The notes: generated from the sequence alone by a model not told the origin. Positions 1 through 8,927 are shown, numbered from the stretch's first letter. The stretch is DNA of 32,000 nucleotides from an uncultured Nitrososphaerota archaeon (GCA_964480775.1 CAYZRF010000008.1:1-32000), one strand, 5' to 3'. Program-made: numbers and translations.

Positions 1-81
1 GGAGCTTGATGTAAGGTTTAATCTGCGAAGCGAGCTTTGATTCTTTCTAGGAGTCCCAGAGATTCTAAATGGGAATTGGCG

Positions 82-1551
82 CTACGTTCTTGTGATTGGG
101 TAGACCCCAGAAGGAACGTTCTTGTAATTAAATACGCTCAAATCAGCGGGACATTGGCCAGGAGCATCAACGATTATTATTTCCTCGCCTACTTTTTCGT
201 AAACAGCTCGAAAGTGGGTTTTGGATTTTGTGACAATTATGTCAAAGTCACTGGTCTTGTAACCGAATTTTGTAAACGGATCCTCATTAATTAGCGAGTG
301 TTTGAATGTTATGAGCTGAATCCAGACCCCATCAGCCTTAATTATCGCAGTAGGTCCTAAATCTATTTCCAAGCCCTTCCACATAGGACCAGAACAGATA
401 TACCTCCCCTCCCCGACCCAAAGGACCCTGCCACTAACCCTAAGAGGACCACCATCACGCCACCCAGTGCTCCCTCCGATTTCGAGCTCAACACTGTTGC
501 CTACGCCTGCTTTTTTGCATACCTCAACCGCTTTTGGATCGAAAAAGCAGGGCACTGCAGCGTTCTTGGCCTCCTGTGCAATGAGCTCACGTAGGACAAA
601 AGTGGTATCGCCAGTTCGGTCCGCATGGTCTAGTATTATTATTGGCTTGGAGGCTCTTTTTGCCTTCCTTATAGCCAGCTCAACCCCCTCCTTCACGCTA
701 TACAAATTCTTTCCTCCTGTAAGAGCTTCACGATTTTCCCAAGCCATCTGGGCCAGGTCACTCGCTATCCTCTCAGCTAACTCTGGATCGTTGTCAGTAA
801 CGGCCACGGTAGACATGCCAATCTGATGAACATCTGACCAAGCAAACCCGAAGAACACAGAGACGTCCACAACTCCTGGATGCTTTTCCCACTCGTGCAG
901 CCGAGCTATTATGTCCTTAGCTGGAGAAACTGTCGTTGCGCTGAAAACGCTTGGAACAACAAGTCCGGGCTTTACCATAGAGGTAGATGGCCTAATCTCC
1001 TCGTTTAAAGTAGCAAGCATGGTTCTAGCGGCTCTTCTTCCAGTTTCCCCCATGTCTACATGTGGACTACTTTGGTATCCGAAAACAGCTGTAGCTTCCT
1101 TTAGAATCGAAGGATCAAGGTTCCCATGAAGATCAAGGGTCACCATAACCGGTTTTTCGTATCCTACGACTTGCCTTATCTCACGAATTATATGGGTTTC
1201 AGTGTCTTGAAGGCTTTCCGTGACCATCGCACCATGGAGCGCGAGCAATATCCCGTCTATTTCATCAGCGACTTTTGCAAACTCCTTCTTCATCTTACCA
1301 ACGTAGAAGTCATAGACTCTATCCCTGACAGTAGCTGTAGCGCCTCCTGGCACCTCACAGACTGGAAACAGTTCCACTCCAGCCTTCTCGCAAACGTCAA
1401 TGAACCCTCCTACTGCAGTGTTTGTTCCACGCCTTGACTCAACGACCTGATCGCCGTGCAAAGCCACTCTCTCGAATTCGTCGAGATCAGTATAACCTGG
1501 CCAAAAAGTAACAGTTTCATGGCGTAAACCCGCAATACCAAGCTTCACCAA
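82..1551 (-). CDS. M81-family metallopeptidase, MlrC (microcystinase C)-like
   Basis: 489-aa ORF. 'LGIAGLRHETVTFWP' and 'LALHGAMVTE' blocks are typical of the MlrC N-terminal domain, followed by a full-length C-terminal domain. Start is TTG 1551 or GTG 1548. Confidence 0.85.
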   Translation of the reverse strand: MVKLGIAGLRHETVTFWPGYTDLDEFERVALHGDQVVESRRGTNTAVGGFIDVCEKAGVELFPVCEVPGGATATVRDRVYDFYVGKMKKEFAKVADEIDGILLALHGAMVTESLQDTETHIIREIRQVVGYEKPVMVTLDLHGNLDPSILKEATAVFGYQSSPHVDMGETGRRAARTMLATLNEEIRPSTSMVKPGLVVPSVFSATTVSPAKDIIARLHEWEKHPGVVDVSVFFGFAWSDVHQIGMSTVAVTDNDPELAERIASDLAQMAWENREALTGGKNLYSVKEGVELAIRKAKRASKPIIILDHADRTGDTTFVLRELIAQEAKNAAVPCFFDPKAVEVCKKAGVGNSVELEIGGSTGWRDGGPLRVSGRVLWVGEGRYICSGPMWKGLEIDLGPTAIIKADGVWIQLITFKHSLINEDPFTKFGYKTSDFDIIVTKSKTHFRAVYEKVGEEIIIVDAPGQCPADLSVFNYKNVPSGVYPITRT

Positions 1552-1657
1552 TGCCTTATCCCTTCGAATATCTTTAGACGATAGCTAAAAGGTTTTCAGC
1601 CCTTACTTCTGGTCGCCTCATTCTAGAATTTCCTGCGCATTTAGCGTCTTTGCAGCT

Positions 1658-1882
1658 TCAAGCGTATGCATGTAACAACAGGGCTAGACCATTGGTTAGC
1701 GAGTGGGAAATCACGCAACCAAATATGTTCCTGGTCTTGGTAAACGTAACCCCATTTAGAAAACCCAACAAAACTGGAATTAGGATCAAAGGGGTCTTTG
1801 CGGTTACATACTTATGATGGCAGGCAATATGGTGCGGACAGTTGTCCTCCTTTCTAATGAAAATATGACGAACTGACCACAA
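1658..1882 (-). pseudogene. C-terminal remnant of a CPBP (CAAX/Abi-type) intramembrane protease
   Basis: 'LLGFLNGVTFTKTRNIFGCVISHSLTNGL' resembles the last helices and HxxxN motif of CPBP proteases. No EExxxR-bearing N-terminal half is present. The frame is closed by a TGA about 30 codons upstream of the first possible start. Confidence 0.3.
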
Positions 1883-2142
1883 GAGGACGTTTTTAGAATC
1901 ATTTAAGATTATACGTAAGACAGCTCCTTTTTCAAAGAGTGTTCTTTGAAGAGAGTTAGAATAAGCACCAAAAGGTCAAACAGAACGAAAGAAAAATGTG
2001 AAATAAAGCCTATACTTGCAAATCGCTAGCTGAAACCAGTTGGGAATCTTGCGGTATTGATTGGAACAGTTATTTCTTGCGAGATTTTATTAGTTAGAAG
2101 TCACTACATATTACATGCAGGTGATCGCGGGAGGATAATGAA

Positions 2143-2256
2143 ATGGCCGCGTTCTTCATGGGATTCATCTTTGGGGTTCTAATTAGCTACTTTGCAGTAT
2201 GTCATGAGATGGGGGAGTTAAAGAGGCTCATAAAGGCGAAAACAAATTCCTCTTAA
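2143..2256 (+). CDS. possible 37-aa single-TM small protein (MAAFFMGFIFGVLISYFAVCHEMGELKRLIKAKTNSS)
   Basis: ATG is preceded by GGGAGG 8-9 nt upstream and one hydrophobic helix is present. It falls below the ORF-track length cutoff and no homology was recognised. Confidence 0.2.
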   Translation: MAAFFMGFIFGVLISYFAVCHEMGELKRLIKAKTNSS

Positions 2257-2380
2257 GCTCCCTTGAGAAAAAGTAAAGAGATCCGGTCGCACAAGGCATA
2301 GTCTTCTTGTTTTTGATTTTTCTTATTACTCGACCTTTTTTCTAATCTACTCATAACAAACTTACATTTGTTACTCATGA

Positions 2381-2390
2381 TTTTAAGATA
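2381..2390 (+). promoter_or_regulatory. TATA-like box TTTTAAGATA for the TIGR04076/flavodoxin pair
   Basis: Lies 27-36 nt upstream of ATG 2417, a spacing expected for an archaeal leaderless or short-leader transcript. It is flanked by ATAACAAA/TACTCAT repeats. Confidence 0.3.
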
Positions 2391-2416
2391 ACAAAGCGTC
2401 TAGGCGTGGTGTCCCC

Positions 2417-2680
2417 ATGCCATATACAATTGAGGTTACTGTAAAGAGTCAGAAAGGGACATGCGCATTTGGTCATAAAGTTGTCGATAAGACCGTTTTC
2501 GATGGTAAATCGGTTAAGGGCGAGATATGCTATAGTGCGCTGATGGTTTTGCTTCCAAAAGTCTACGCCATGAGATATGGGGTAGAGTTTCCCTGGGCTG
2601 AAGACAAAGATCTCATTTTCAACGCGTGTCCAGATGCCGAAAACCCTGTTGTGTTCGAGATCAGGAGAATCAGAGACTAA
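2417..2680 (+). CDS. TIGR04076-family small conserved protein
   Basis: 87 aa. The pattern C-x2-H ... C ... L-P ... G-x-x-F-P-W ... CPD ... VVFEIRR matches my recollection of the TIGR04076 family. Start is ATG with GGTG upstream. Confidence 0.55.
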   Translation: MPYTIEVTVKSQKGTCAFGHKVVDKTVFDGKSVKGEICYSALMVLLPKVYAMRYGVEFPWAEDKDLIFNACPDAENPVVFEIRRIRD

Positions 2681-2766
2681 AAACACTTCTCTAGCAAGCT
2701 CAAATATCTTCGTTGGAAAGCAGAGTTATAACTTTCGATCCCTCCCATTATGAAGAGGTGAAAACG

Positions 2767-3228
2767 GTGGAAAAAAGACTTTTACTAATTGTATATTATT
2801 CTAAAACGGGAAATACTAAAAGGATGGCTGAAGAGATTGCCAAAGGGGCCAAAAAAGCTGGAGTTAAGGTTGTTGTAAAGGAAGTGGAGGAGTGTAGCAT
2901 TGAGGACTTGGTTAAAGCTGATGGTATTATTATAGGATCGCCAACCTATTTCAGCAACGTCTCTTGGCAGATTAAGAAGCTCATTGACGAGTCAATTGCA
3001 CTTTACAGAGGACGTAAGCTTAAAAACAAGGTTGGAGGTTGTTTTACATCTGCTGGTACACGTAGGGATGGTTTGGACTGCGTCAGAATGTTAGAGTTAG
3101 CCTTCGGCCTTCACCACCAAATGGAAATGCTTTCAGGGCTTGTTAGGGCATCTGGTGATGATTGGAAAGACATTTCTAGGAAGTGTCAAGAGTATGGGAG
3201 GGAAATAGCTAGAAAAATGCCCTCGTGA
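2767..3228 (+). CDS. flavodoxin-like / NAD(P)H-dependent FMN reductase (WrbA-like) protein
   Basis: 'LLLIVYYSKTGNTKRMAEEIA' and 'ADGIIIGSPTYFSNVSWQIKKLID' are flavodoxin-fold FMN-binding motifs. The ORF is open from TTG 2713, but GTG 2767 has a GAGGTGA SD 6 nt upstream (GTG 2758 is also possible). Confidence 0.8.
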   Translation: MEKRLLLIVYYSKTGNTKRMAEEIAKGAKKAGVKVVVKEVEECSIEDLVKADGIIIGSPTYFSNVSWQIKKLIDESIALYRGRKLKNKVGGCFTSAGTRRDGLDCVRMLELAFGLHHQMEMLSGLVRASGDDWKDISRKCQEYGREIARKMPS

Positions 3229-3233
3229 TTTTT
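3229..3233 (+). terminator. oligo-T tract immediately after the flavodoxin-like stop codon
   Basis: TGA 3226-3228 is followed directly by TTTTT. Oligo-T is the usual archaeal termination signal. Confidence 0.3.
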
Positions 3234-3245
3234 ACAACTCCAATG

Positions 3246-4403
3246 TCATATGTACTGAAGGAAGCTGTTTGGATGCATTTTCTTTAGCTCCCTGTACCAT
3301 CTACACATTGGATAAAGCAGGGCCAAACCAACAAGCCATATCAAGTAAGTAAGCCCGAGGGATGAAAATGTCCTCTTGTTTAGCCTTAGGTAAACAGGTA
3401 TGAATGAGTAAAGAAGAAGGTGGGCACAGTAAAAGAAAAGAGGAACGCTTCCATAGGTTAAAACTGCTTTAATGGGCTTTAAGTTCAGGATATCTTTCTT
3501 TTCAACCTGAATACCAACGTACAGCATTAGCATAGTCCCTCCAAGAGTCCATAACAGGAACACGAGGCTTGGAGGGTACTTTGCAATAGTGAAGAAGTCT
3601 ATTACTTCAAGCTCTAACCATGGAAGCAGGTTTCCGAACCCATTAAACCATCTCAACGCCAAGAAAATGGCTATGAGTCCTACTCCAATCATTGCGATGG
3701 TTTTATCCCTCTTGTAGAGCTGATCTCTGTCCTTCATGCTTAGGATCCACCGTCCAAAGCACCACCCCAAGCCCATTACTCCCAGCCATGGGATTATGGG
3801 GTAGAGGCCGACCCACGGTTTTCGATGGAATGATGGCTCGTGCAGGATCAGGTGAAGCAAGTATCCCCAAGCTGGTGTCGAAGGAATCCAATCTAGGTCA
3901 AGATAGGGATGAAGTAGCACTAAAGCTGAGGAAAAGCCAAAGATAGCTTGGGTCGGCAAAAACCTTAGAACTGAAAAGGCCATGAAGCAGGTTCCGATGC
4001 AGGCTAGAACTCCGAAGTAAAAGAAGCCTATTCTGAATACGGGGGCTATAAGCAGAAATTCAATCGCAAGCAGGATTATTCCTCTTATTACCATCCTACG
4101 AGATATATTAAGCTGAGACTCACCTCTCTCCAGCCTTTTTGAAGTTGATAAGGCCAGAGCGGTTCCAGCTAGGAATATGAAAGTGGGAGCACAATAATGT
4201 GTCACAAATCTAGTTAAGAACTGGGAAAATGAAGTGTAGGTTGGACGGAATCCATTTAGCCCTTCGCTCGAAACCCTTCCCGGGTTCCAGTAGATGGAAG
4301 CGTGATCCAATGCCATTAAGATCATAACTATTCCGCGCGCAAAATCTATGAAGGGCAACCTTCTTGCCAAGATGGATCCTTTTAGTCCCTGAGCCCTGAT
4401 CAA
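3246..4403 (-). CDS. DUF1624 / heparan-alpha-glucosaminide N-acetyltransferase-like integral membrane acyltransferase
   Basis: 385 aa and polytopic. The N-terminal 'LPFIDFARGIVMILMALDHASIYW' is the family signature. Confidence 0.7.
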   Translation of the reverse strand: MIRAQGLKGSILARRLPFIDFARGIVMILMALDHASIYWNPGRVSSEGLNGFRPTYTSFSQFLTRFVTHYCAPTFIFLAGTALALSTSKRLERGESQLNISRRMVIRGIILLAIEFLLIAPVFRIGFFYFGVLACIGTCFMAFSVLRFLPTQAIFGFSSALVLLHPYLDLDWIPSTPAWGYLLHLILHEPSFHRKPWVGLYPIIPWLGVMGLGWCFGRWILSMKDRDQLYKRDKTIAMIGVGLIAIFLALRWFNGFGNLLPWLELEVIDFFTIAKYPPSLVFLLWTLGGTMLMLYVGIQVEKKDILNLKPIKAVLTYGSVPLFFYCAHLLLYSFIPVYLRLNKRTFSSLGLTYLIWLVGLALLYPMCRWYRELKKMHPNSFLQYI

Positions 4404-4521
4404 TTCACTGGATGATTTTGGTGTTTACAATTAACTTTTACGAAGCTTCGTTGAGGATTGTTCCTTGGTCAATGAGTTAAGGACATCTCCCAGGTGACAG
4501 ATGATTTTACTATGAAATCCT

Positions 4522-5004
4522 TTATCTTAGAGGGCCTAAGGTCTTCCTCATGATTATTTCGGAATGTCCAGCGACTATGGCATCAGGTATCTCCCCAACT
4601 CTTTGGTATCCGTTTTTCTCGTAGAAAGTTATCGCAACCCGGTTGAAAGAAGATACCAAGAGGAAAACATTTTTTGAACCCTTAAAAATCTCTTTTTCAG
4701 CTGTTTTAAGCAAGATTTTCCCAATCCCCCTTCCTCTGAAGTTGGGAAAGACTCCTAGTAAGCTAATGTAACCTCCAAGAGGAAAGGCACCAGTAACGTA
4801 GAAAACGATGAAACCAGCTATTTTTCCGCCTATCTCTGCAACTAAAGCCTTACCCTCCCTCATACCTTTAACAAGACTTTTTCTTGCATCCTCTTCCTTC
4901 GTCCTTAGGGTTATCCAGGGTTCTGATGATAGCATCATGGAGATGCACTTAGGAAGATCCTCCTCCCTAAGAGGCCTCAGTTTCGCATTATATTCTCCCT
5001 TCAA
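4522..5004 (-). CDS. GNAT-family N-acetyltransferase
   Basis: 160 aa. Acetyl-CoA binding motif 'VFPNFRGRGIGKILLKTAEKE' plus the C-terminal 'FYEKNGY' block. Confidence 0.85.
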   Translation of the reverse strand: MKGEYNAKLRPLREEDLPKCISMMLSSEPWITLRTKEEDARKSLVKGMREGKALVAEIGGKIAGFIVFYVTGAFPLGGYISLLGVFPNFRGRGIGKILLKTAEKEIFKGSKNVFLLVSSFNRVAITFYEKNGYQRVGEIPDAIVAGHSEIIMRKTLGPLR

Positions 5005-5057
5005 TTTCCTGCAAAATGTTCGATCTGTTCATTAAAATACTCGGCTCTCCTTATAGG

Positions 5058-5627
5058 TTAGGGCTTACTGGCTGCCTCTATAATGTAGTTTATGTAGTCC
5101 TCAGGCAACCCAAAGCGTCTAGCTCCTCTTACTATTATGTTCGCATATCCCTCGCAAGGCTTTAGGTTCTCTTTCGTCCTATTCGCAATGTAAGTCCACG
5201 CCATAACATAGCTTCCGTTCAACGTCTCCACCGTAAGCTCTATCCTGTAATACTCGGTTGGATAGCCCTCGTACACGTCCAACTTTCCGAGATCAGATCT
5301 CGAAATGAGGTACAAAACTCCGTAAACGACAGATCCCTTCTCTGAGACGATGTTTGCATAGCTACAATTTTTGTACTTTGACTTCTTGTTAAACAGAAGC
5401 TTGTAATCCCTCAGCATTGCTATAGTTGAGTTAACAGGTTCTATTCCCCTCTTGATTCTGAGCCTTTCCTCATCTATATTCGAGCCGTAAGCAAAGTACC
5501 AGACCAAGTCGCTTGTTTCTTGAGCCTTGGTTTTGGATGGTCTCCTAACGAGAAAGATTAAGGTAGATCCTGCCAAGAGGGTTAACAGGATTAATATGAG
5601 GGCAACTTTTGAGTTTGAATAAGGCAC
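5058..5627 (-). CDS. gamma-glutamylcyclotransferase (GGCT/AIG2-like) with an N-terminal transmembrane helix
   Basis: 'WYFAYGSNIDEERL' (YGSN motif) and 'LDVYEGYPTEYYRI' (catalytic Glu block), preceded by the hydrophobic segment 'VALILILLTLLAGSTLIFLV'. GTG start. Confidence 0.75.
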   Translation of the reverse strand: MPYSNSKVALILILLTLLAGSTLIFLVRRPSKTKAQETSDLVWYFAYGSNIDEERLRIKRGIEPVNSTIAMLRDYKLLFNKKSKYKNCSYANIVSEKGSVVYGVLYLISRSDLGKLDVYEGYPTEYYRIELTVETLNGSYVMAWTYIANRTKENLKPCEGYANIIVRGARRFGLPEDYINYIIEAASKP

Positions 5628-5741
5628 GATGCTTTTTCATCTTGAACAAAATAAAGACTTTGATAGGAGCAAGGTTTCTCGAAGCTAAGTTCTGTGGATC
5701 AGATTTCCTAAAGCCGACGCGGTTTTGTGCATAGATTCAGC

Positions 5742-5750
5742 TTATATTAT
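5742..5750 (+). promoter_or_regulatory. TATA-like box TTATATTAT upstream of the aldolase gene
   Basis: Lies 21-29 nt upstream of GTG 5771, which implies a leaderless transcript. Confidence 0.3.
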
Positions 5751-5770
5751 TTCGATCTCGTCTACCACCG

Positions 5771-6544
5771 GTGCTGACAGTGGGCGAACTGAAGAAGAAG
5801 CTAAGGGAGGGGGAGGTAGCTCTCGGGACTTGGATCTCCATAAATCACCCAGATGTGGTTGATGCCCTCTCTGAGCTACCTTTTGACTGGTTCGTGTTCG
5901 ATATGGAGCATGCACCCTTGGAGGTAAGCGATCTAGAGGTATTAGCTATGCCCCTTAAGGACTCGAAAGTAACTCCAATAGCCAGGGTTCCTTGGAACGA
6001 CATGGTGACGATAAAGAGGGTCCTAGATGTGGGAGTGGAAGGCGTTCTTGTCCCATGGGTTAACAGCAAGGAGGAGGCTGAAGCGGCCATAGCTGCTGTG
6101 AGCTACCCTCCCAAGGGCATAAGAGGAGTTGGGCCTAGGAGGTGTATAAGGTTCGGAAAAAGGCCTTTTCTAGATTATTACGAGAGGTTTGAGAGGGAAG
6201 AACTTGTGCTAATTGTTCAGGTAGAGACCGAAAAGGCTCTGAAAAACTTGGACGAAATACTATCGGTTGAGGGCATAGAGGTCGCTTACGTGGGCCCTAT
6301 GGACCTAACGGTGAACCTAGGGATACCAGCACAATTCGATCACCCAAAGTTCAGGGATGCACTTCAAAAGATCAAAGATGGATGCAATGAACACGATATC
6401 ACACCAGGCATACATACTTTCAGCAGCAAAATGGCTGAAGAGATGATAAAGGAAGGATTTAGGTTCATAGGCCTAATGAGCGACATAGAAGTCTTAGCTG
6501 CAAGCTACAAGGATCTCTTAGGCAGCCTAAGAAAACAGAAGTAA
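5771..6544 (+). CDS. HpcH/HpaI-family 2-keto-3-deoxy-acid aldolase
   Basis: 257 aa. 'GTWISINHPDVVDALSELPFDWFVFDMEHAP', 'VPWVNSKEEAE' and 'VQVETEKAL' are typical HpcH/HpaI blocks. Confidence 0.8.
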   Translation: MLTVGELKKKLREGEVALGTWISINHPDVVDALSELPFDWFVFDMEHAPLEVSDLEVLAMPLKDSKVTPIARVPWNDMVTIKRVLDVGVEGVLVPWVNSKEEAEAAIAAVSYPPKGIRGVGPRRCIRFGKRPFLDYYERFEREELVLIVQVETEKALKNLDEILSVEGIEVAYVGPMDLTVNLGIPAQFDHPKFRDALQKIKDGCNEHDITPGIHTFSSKMAEEMIKEGFRFIGLMSDIEVLAASYKDLLGSLRKQK

Positions 6545-6746
6545 CCACTATTTGTTTGGGCAAGGGGTAACAAAATGTCCGTCTCGATTAGAGGCTATGG
6601 CACCTTTAACCTCTGTCTCTCATGCTTAGCTGCCGTTCCAAGAAAGGAGCTAGCTCCAATTTCTTAGAAGGATCCCAGATCAGAACCAAATTTACCAGAA
6701 CATAAACATCCCATGCACCAAAACGATGGGAAGAGGATGATGCAAA

Positions 6747-7136
6747 TCACAGAAGGAAATGGCAAAACGGATAAGGACACGAAGAACTCTCATATACGCC
6801 AAAACTAACATCTTTGCCTGTTACTGGGCCTCCTCCTGGGTTTCTTCCGGCTTTCTTTCTGATTTTGATTGATCTCTCGAGTATCTTTATGATCTCTTCG
6901 TAAAGCTGATCGGTGCTTGTAACTGCTCCGTAAGTAACTGCTTTTAGTGCTGCTCTAAACAACTCTTCACAGGCCCAGACGCTCATCCCAGGAACGTCGT
7001 ACTCGTTTAACAAATCGAATATGCGGGAAAAGAGCTCCTTTGGTAAAAACACTTCCCTCTCATTCGGTGCTGTGGGCTCACCACGCATCGGTCTTACGCC
7101 TTCTTCGGATATTTTTTTCACCTGATCAGTTTCCAA
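6747..7136 (-). CDS. hypothetical small helical protein with C-terminal CPYPFCH cluster
   Basis: 129-aa ORF of non-repetitive composition, co-oriented with and 40 nt downstream of the zinc-ribbon gene. No family recognised. TTG start is uncertain. Confidence 0.4.
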   Translation of the reverse strand: METDQVKKISEEGVRPMRGEPTAPNEREVFLPKELFSRIFDLLNEYDVPGMSVWACEELFRAALKAVTYGAVTSTDQLYEEIIKILERSIKIRKKAGRNPGGGPVTGKDVSFGVYESSSCPYPFCHFLL

Positions 7137-7176
7137 GAAATCAAAAGATAAAAAGCTGTGGTTCCTTCCTTAAGAC

Positions 7177-7614
7177 TCATTTTGTTATGATCCCAAAGAA
7201 GAAGATAACTAGTAGGACGAGGGCGCTTAAGAGAGTGTATTGCTGTAGTGCCACTGGTACTGAAAGCGTCTTTGAATAGATGTCGCCCCTCTCATGAATG
7301 GTAGTGACGAGGGTGAAATAGGCGAAAAGCCCACAACCAAACGATAGTACTAGGAGGATAGAGGCCAAGAAAAACAAAGGCAATCCAGGGACCGGCCCGC
7401 TTCCTCCAAAAGCAAATCCCAGTATAGCTTGCAATATCGTCAGACCGACCGCGGATGCAGAGCTAAGCATAATTATTCCATCACCTAAGACTTTGTAAAC
7501 CAGCTCGTCTGACTTCTCTCTTTCATAGAAGGACTCAACGTGACCACAATTAGCGCACTTAAGCTGGATTAAATGGGTTTCCTTCATTTCAGCATTACAC
7601 TCGGGACATTTCAT
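7177..7614 (-). CDS. zinc-ribbon membrane protein
   Basis: 'MKCPECNAEM...KCANCGH' is a CxxC...CxxC ribbon, followed by about 3 hydrophobic helices. ATG 7614 is preferred over the upstream TTG 7644. Confidence 0.5.
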   Translation of the reverse strand: MKCPECNAEMKETHLIQLKCANCGHVESFYEREKSDELVYKVLGDGIIMLSSASAVGLTILQAILGFAFGGSGPVPGLPLFFLASILLVLSFGCGLFAYFTLVTTIHERGDIYSKTLSVPVALQQYTLLSALVLLVIFFFGIITK

Positions 7615-7757
7615 GATTTTCACAAAGGAATCTGGTTGAAACAAACAAATAAACTATCAGAGAAGGCGGCCTAATTACTTGTTTTTTGATCTAACCAGGG
7701 CTTTGCAGTTTAAGAAAAGCGTATGGAGAGATAGTTTCTCTCCTAAGCCAACTGCTT

Positions 7758-8927
7758 TCAAAGAGAGCTCGTCGTTGTAATCGTTTGCTTGACCAGAATT
7801 CTTCTCTCTCTGAGTTCCTCCATTAACTTATGGAAGAGGTCTCCCCTTATCACCCTTACAGGCGGAACTAGGCCTTTCTCCTTTATTTCTCCCCTAGCTA
7901 GCATTCTGGCAATTATGGCTCCTGTGTAACCAGTTGTCCTCGCCATGGACGTGACTCCCTTTTCTTCGTCGTAAAAGTCAACCATGTCAAACCTGTAGCA
8001 GGTCTTTTTGCCATTTTTGATACCCTCTACAATCACCCTGAGAACGGTGATGTCCTTCTCCCCCTCTTCAAGTCGCACCTTAGGGTAGATTATCTTGCTG
8101 AACACTTCAAAGGGTACTATCTCCCGACCTTCGAACTCGATGGGCTCCCTACTTAGCAGACCGCACTCCTCCAAAAACCCCACTTTCTCACAGTACCCCG
8201 GATACCTCACGGTCTTCTCACTACATCTCTTTACGTCTTTGAACTTCTCGACCTCGTAGAGGGTTTCTGGAAAGCCGTCGTAAAAACACTCGAGTGTCCG
8301 GTCGATTCCTTCAAATTCAATGAAACCAGCATGAGTGTAGCGTCTCACTTCCTTTACCTCTCCATTCTCTATTACCTTCACCATCCCAGGGCGCAGAGGC
8401 AGATACTTCCCTCCAAACACGATCTTGTAGTCAAGAGGCGGTTTTGGGTCTTGAGGTATGCCTCCGCACCAGATATCAATCGTCTCAACTCTATCAAGCA
8501 TGTCCATGCCGTATGCTGCAAGTATATCTGTCAAGCCCGGCTCCACTCCACAACCTGGCATGATGGTCACTCCAGCCCTCTTAGCAGCTTCGTCAATCGA
8601 ATTCCAATCCTTCTTGGAGGGACCTGAGAGATCTACAGCGCTTACCCCTGCCTCAATTGCGTCCCAAATCGCTTCGACGTTTAGCCATCTAGGGAGGGCT
8701 ATGCAAAGGACATCATAACCCTTAAGCGTGGCAGCCATCCCTTGTCTATCTCTAACGTCACCAACCTTAATCCTCAACTTCTCAGGGTTGCCAAGCTTCA
8801 CAGCAGCTGCATTAAGCCTTTTCTTATCGATGTCTACGAGGAGGACTTCTTCAACCTCCTCGCACTCTATGCAGTCGCCCGCCATCGCGGGACCCATGAG
8901 ACCAGCTCCTAAGACGACGATCCTCAA
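7758..8927 (-). CDS. saccharopine dehydrogenase family protein
   Basis: N-terminal Rossmann 'RIVVLGAGLMGPAMAGD', a length of about 390 aa and a C-terminal Sacchrp_dh-like region. TTG 8927 (with GGGG upstream) is preferred over TTG 8957. Confidence 0.75.
   Translation of the reverse strand: MRIVVLGAGLMGPAMAGDCIECEEVEEVLLVDIDKKRLNAAAVKLGNPEKLRIKVGDVRDRQGMAATLKGYDVLCIALPRWLNVEAIWDAIEAGVSAVDLSGPSKKDWNSIDEAAKRAGVTIMPGCGVEPGLTDILAAYGMDMLDRVETIDIWCGGIPQDPKPPLDYKIVFGGKYLPLRPGMVKVIENGEVKEVRRYTHAGFIEFEGIDRTLECFYDGFPETLYEVEKFKDVKRCSEKTVRYPGYCEKVGFLEECGLLSREPIEFEGREIVPFEVFSKIIYPKVRLEEGEKDITVLRVIVEGIKNGKKTCYRFDMVDFYDEEKGVTSMARTTGYTGAIIARMLARGEIKEKGLVPPVRVIRGDLFHKLMEELRERRILVKQTITTTSSL

Noticed and set aside
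467-1437. ORFs of 72-119 aa on the plus strand inside the MlrC-like gene. Similar antisense ORFs occur inside other genes: 3692..3946, 5845..6090, 8331..8964, 9910..10353, 23361..24999, 25767..26018, 28133..28664 and 30138..31867.
   Set aside because: They lie entirely antisense to, or out of frame within, long ORFs with clear family signatures. Their translations are Ser/Pro/Leu-rich and low in complexity, so they are shadow ORFs.
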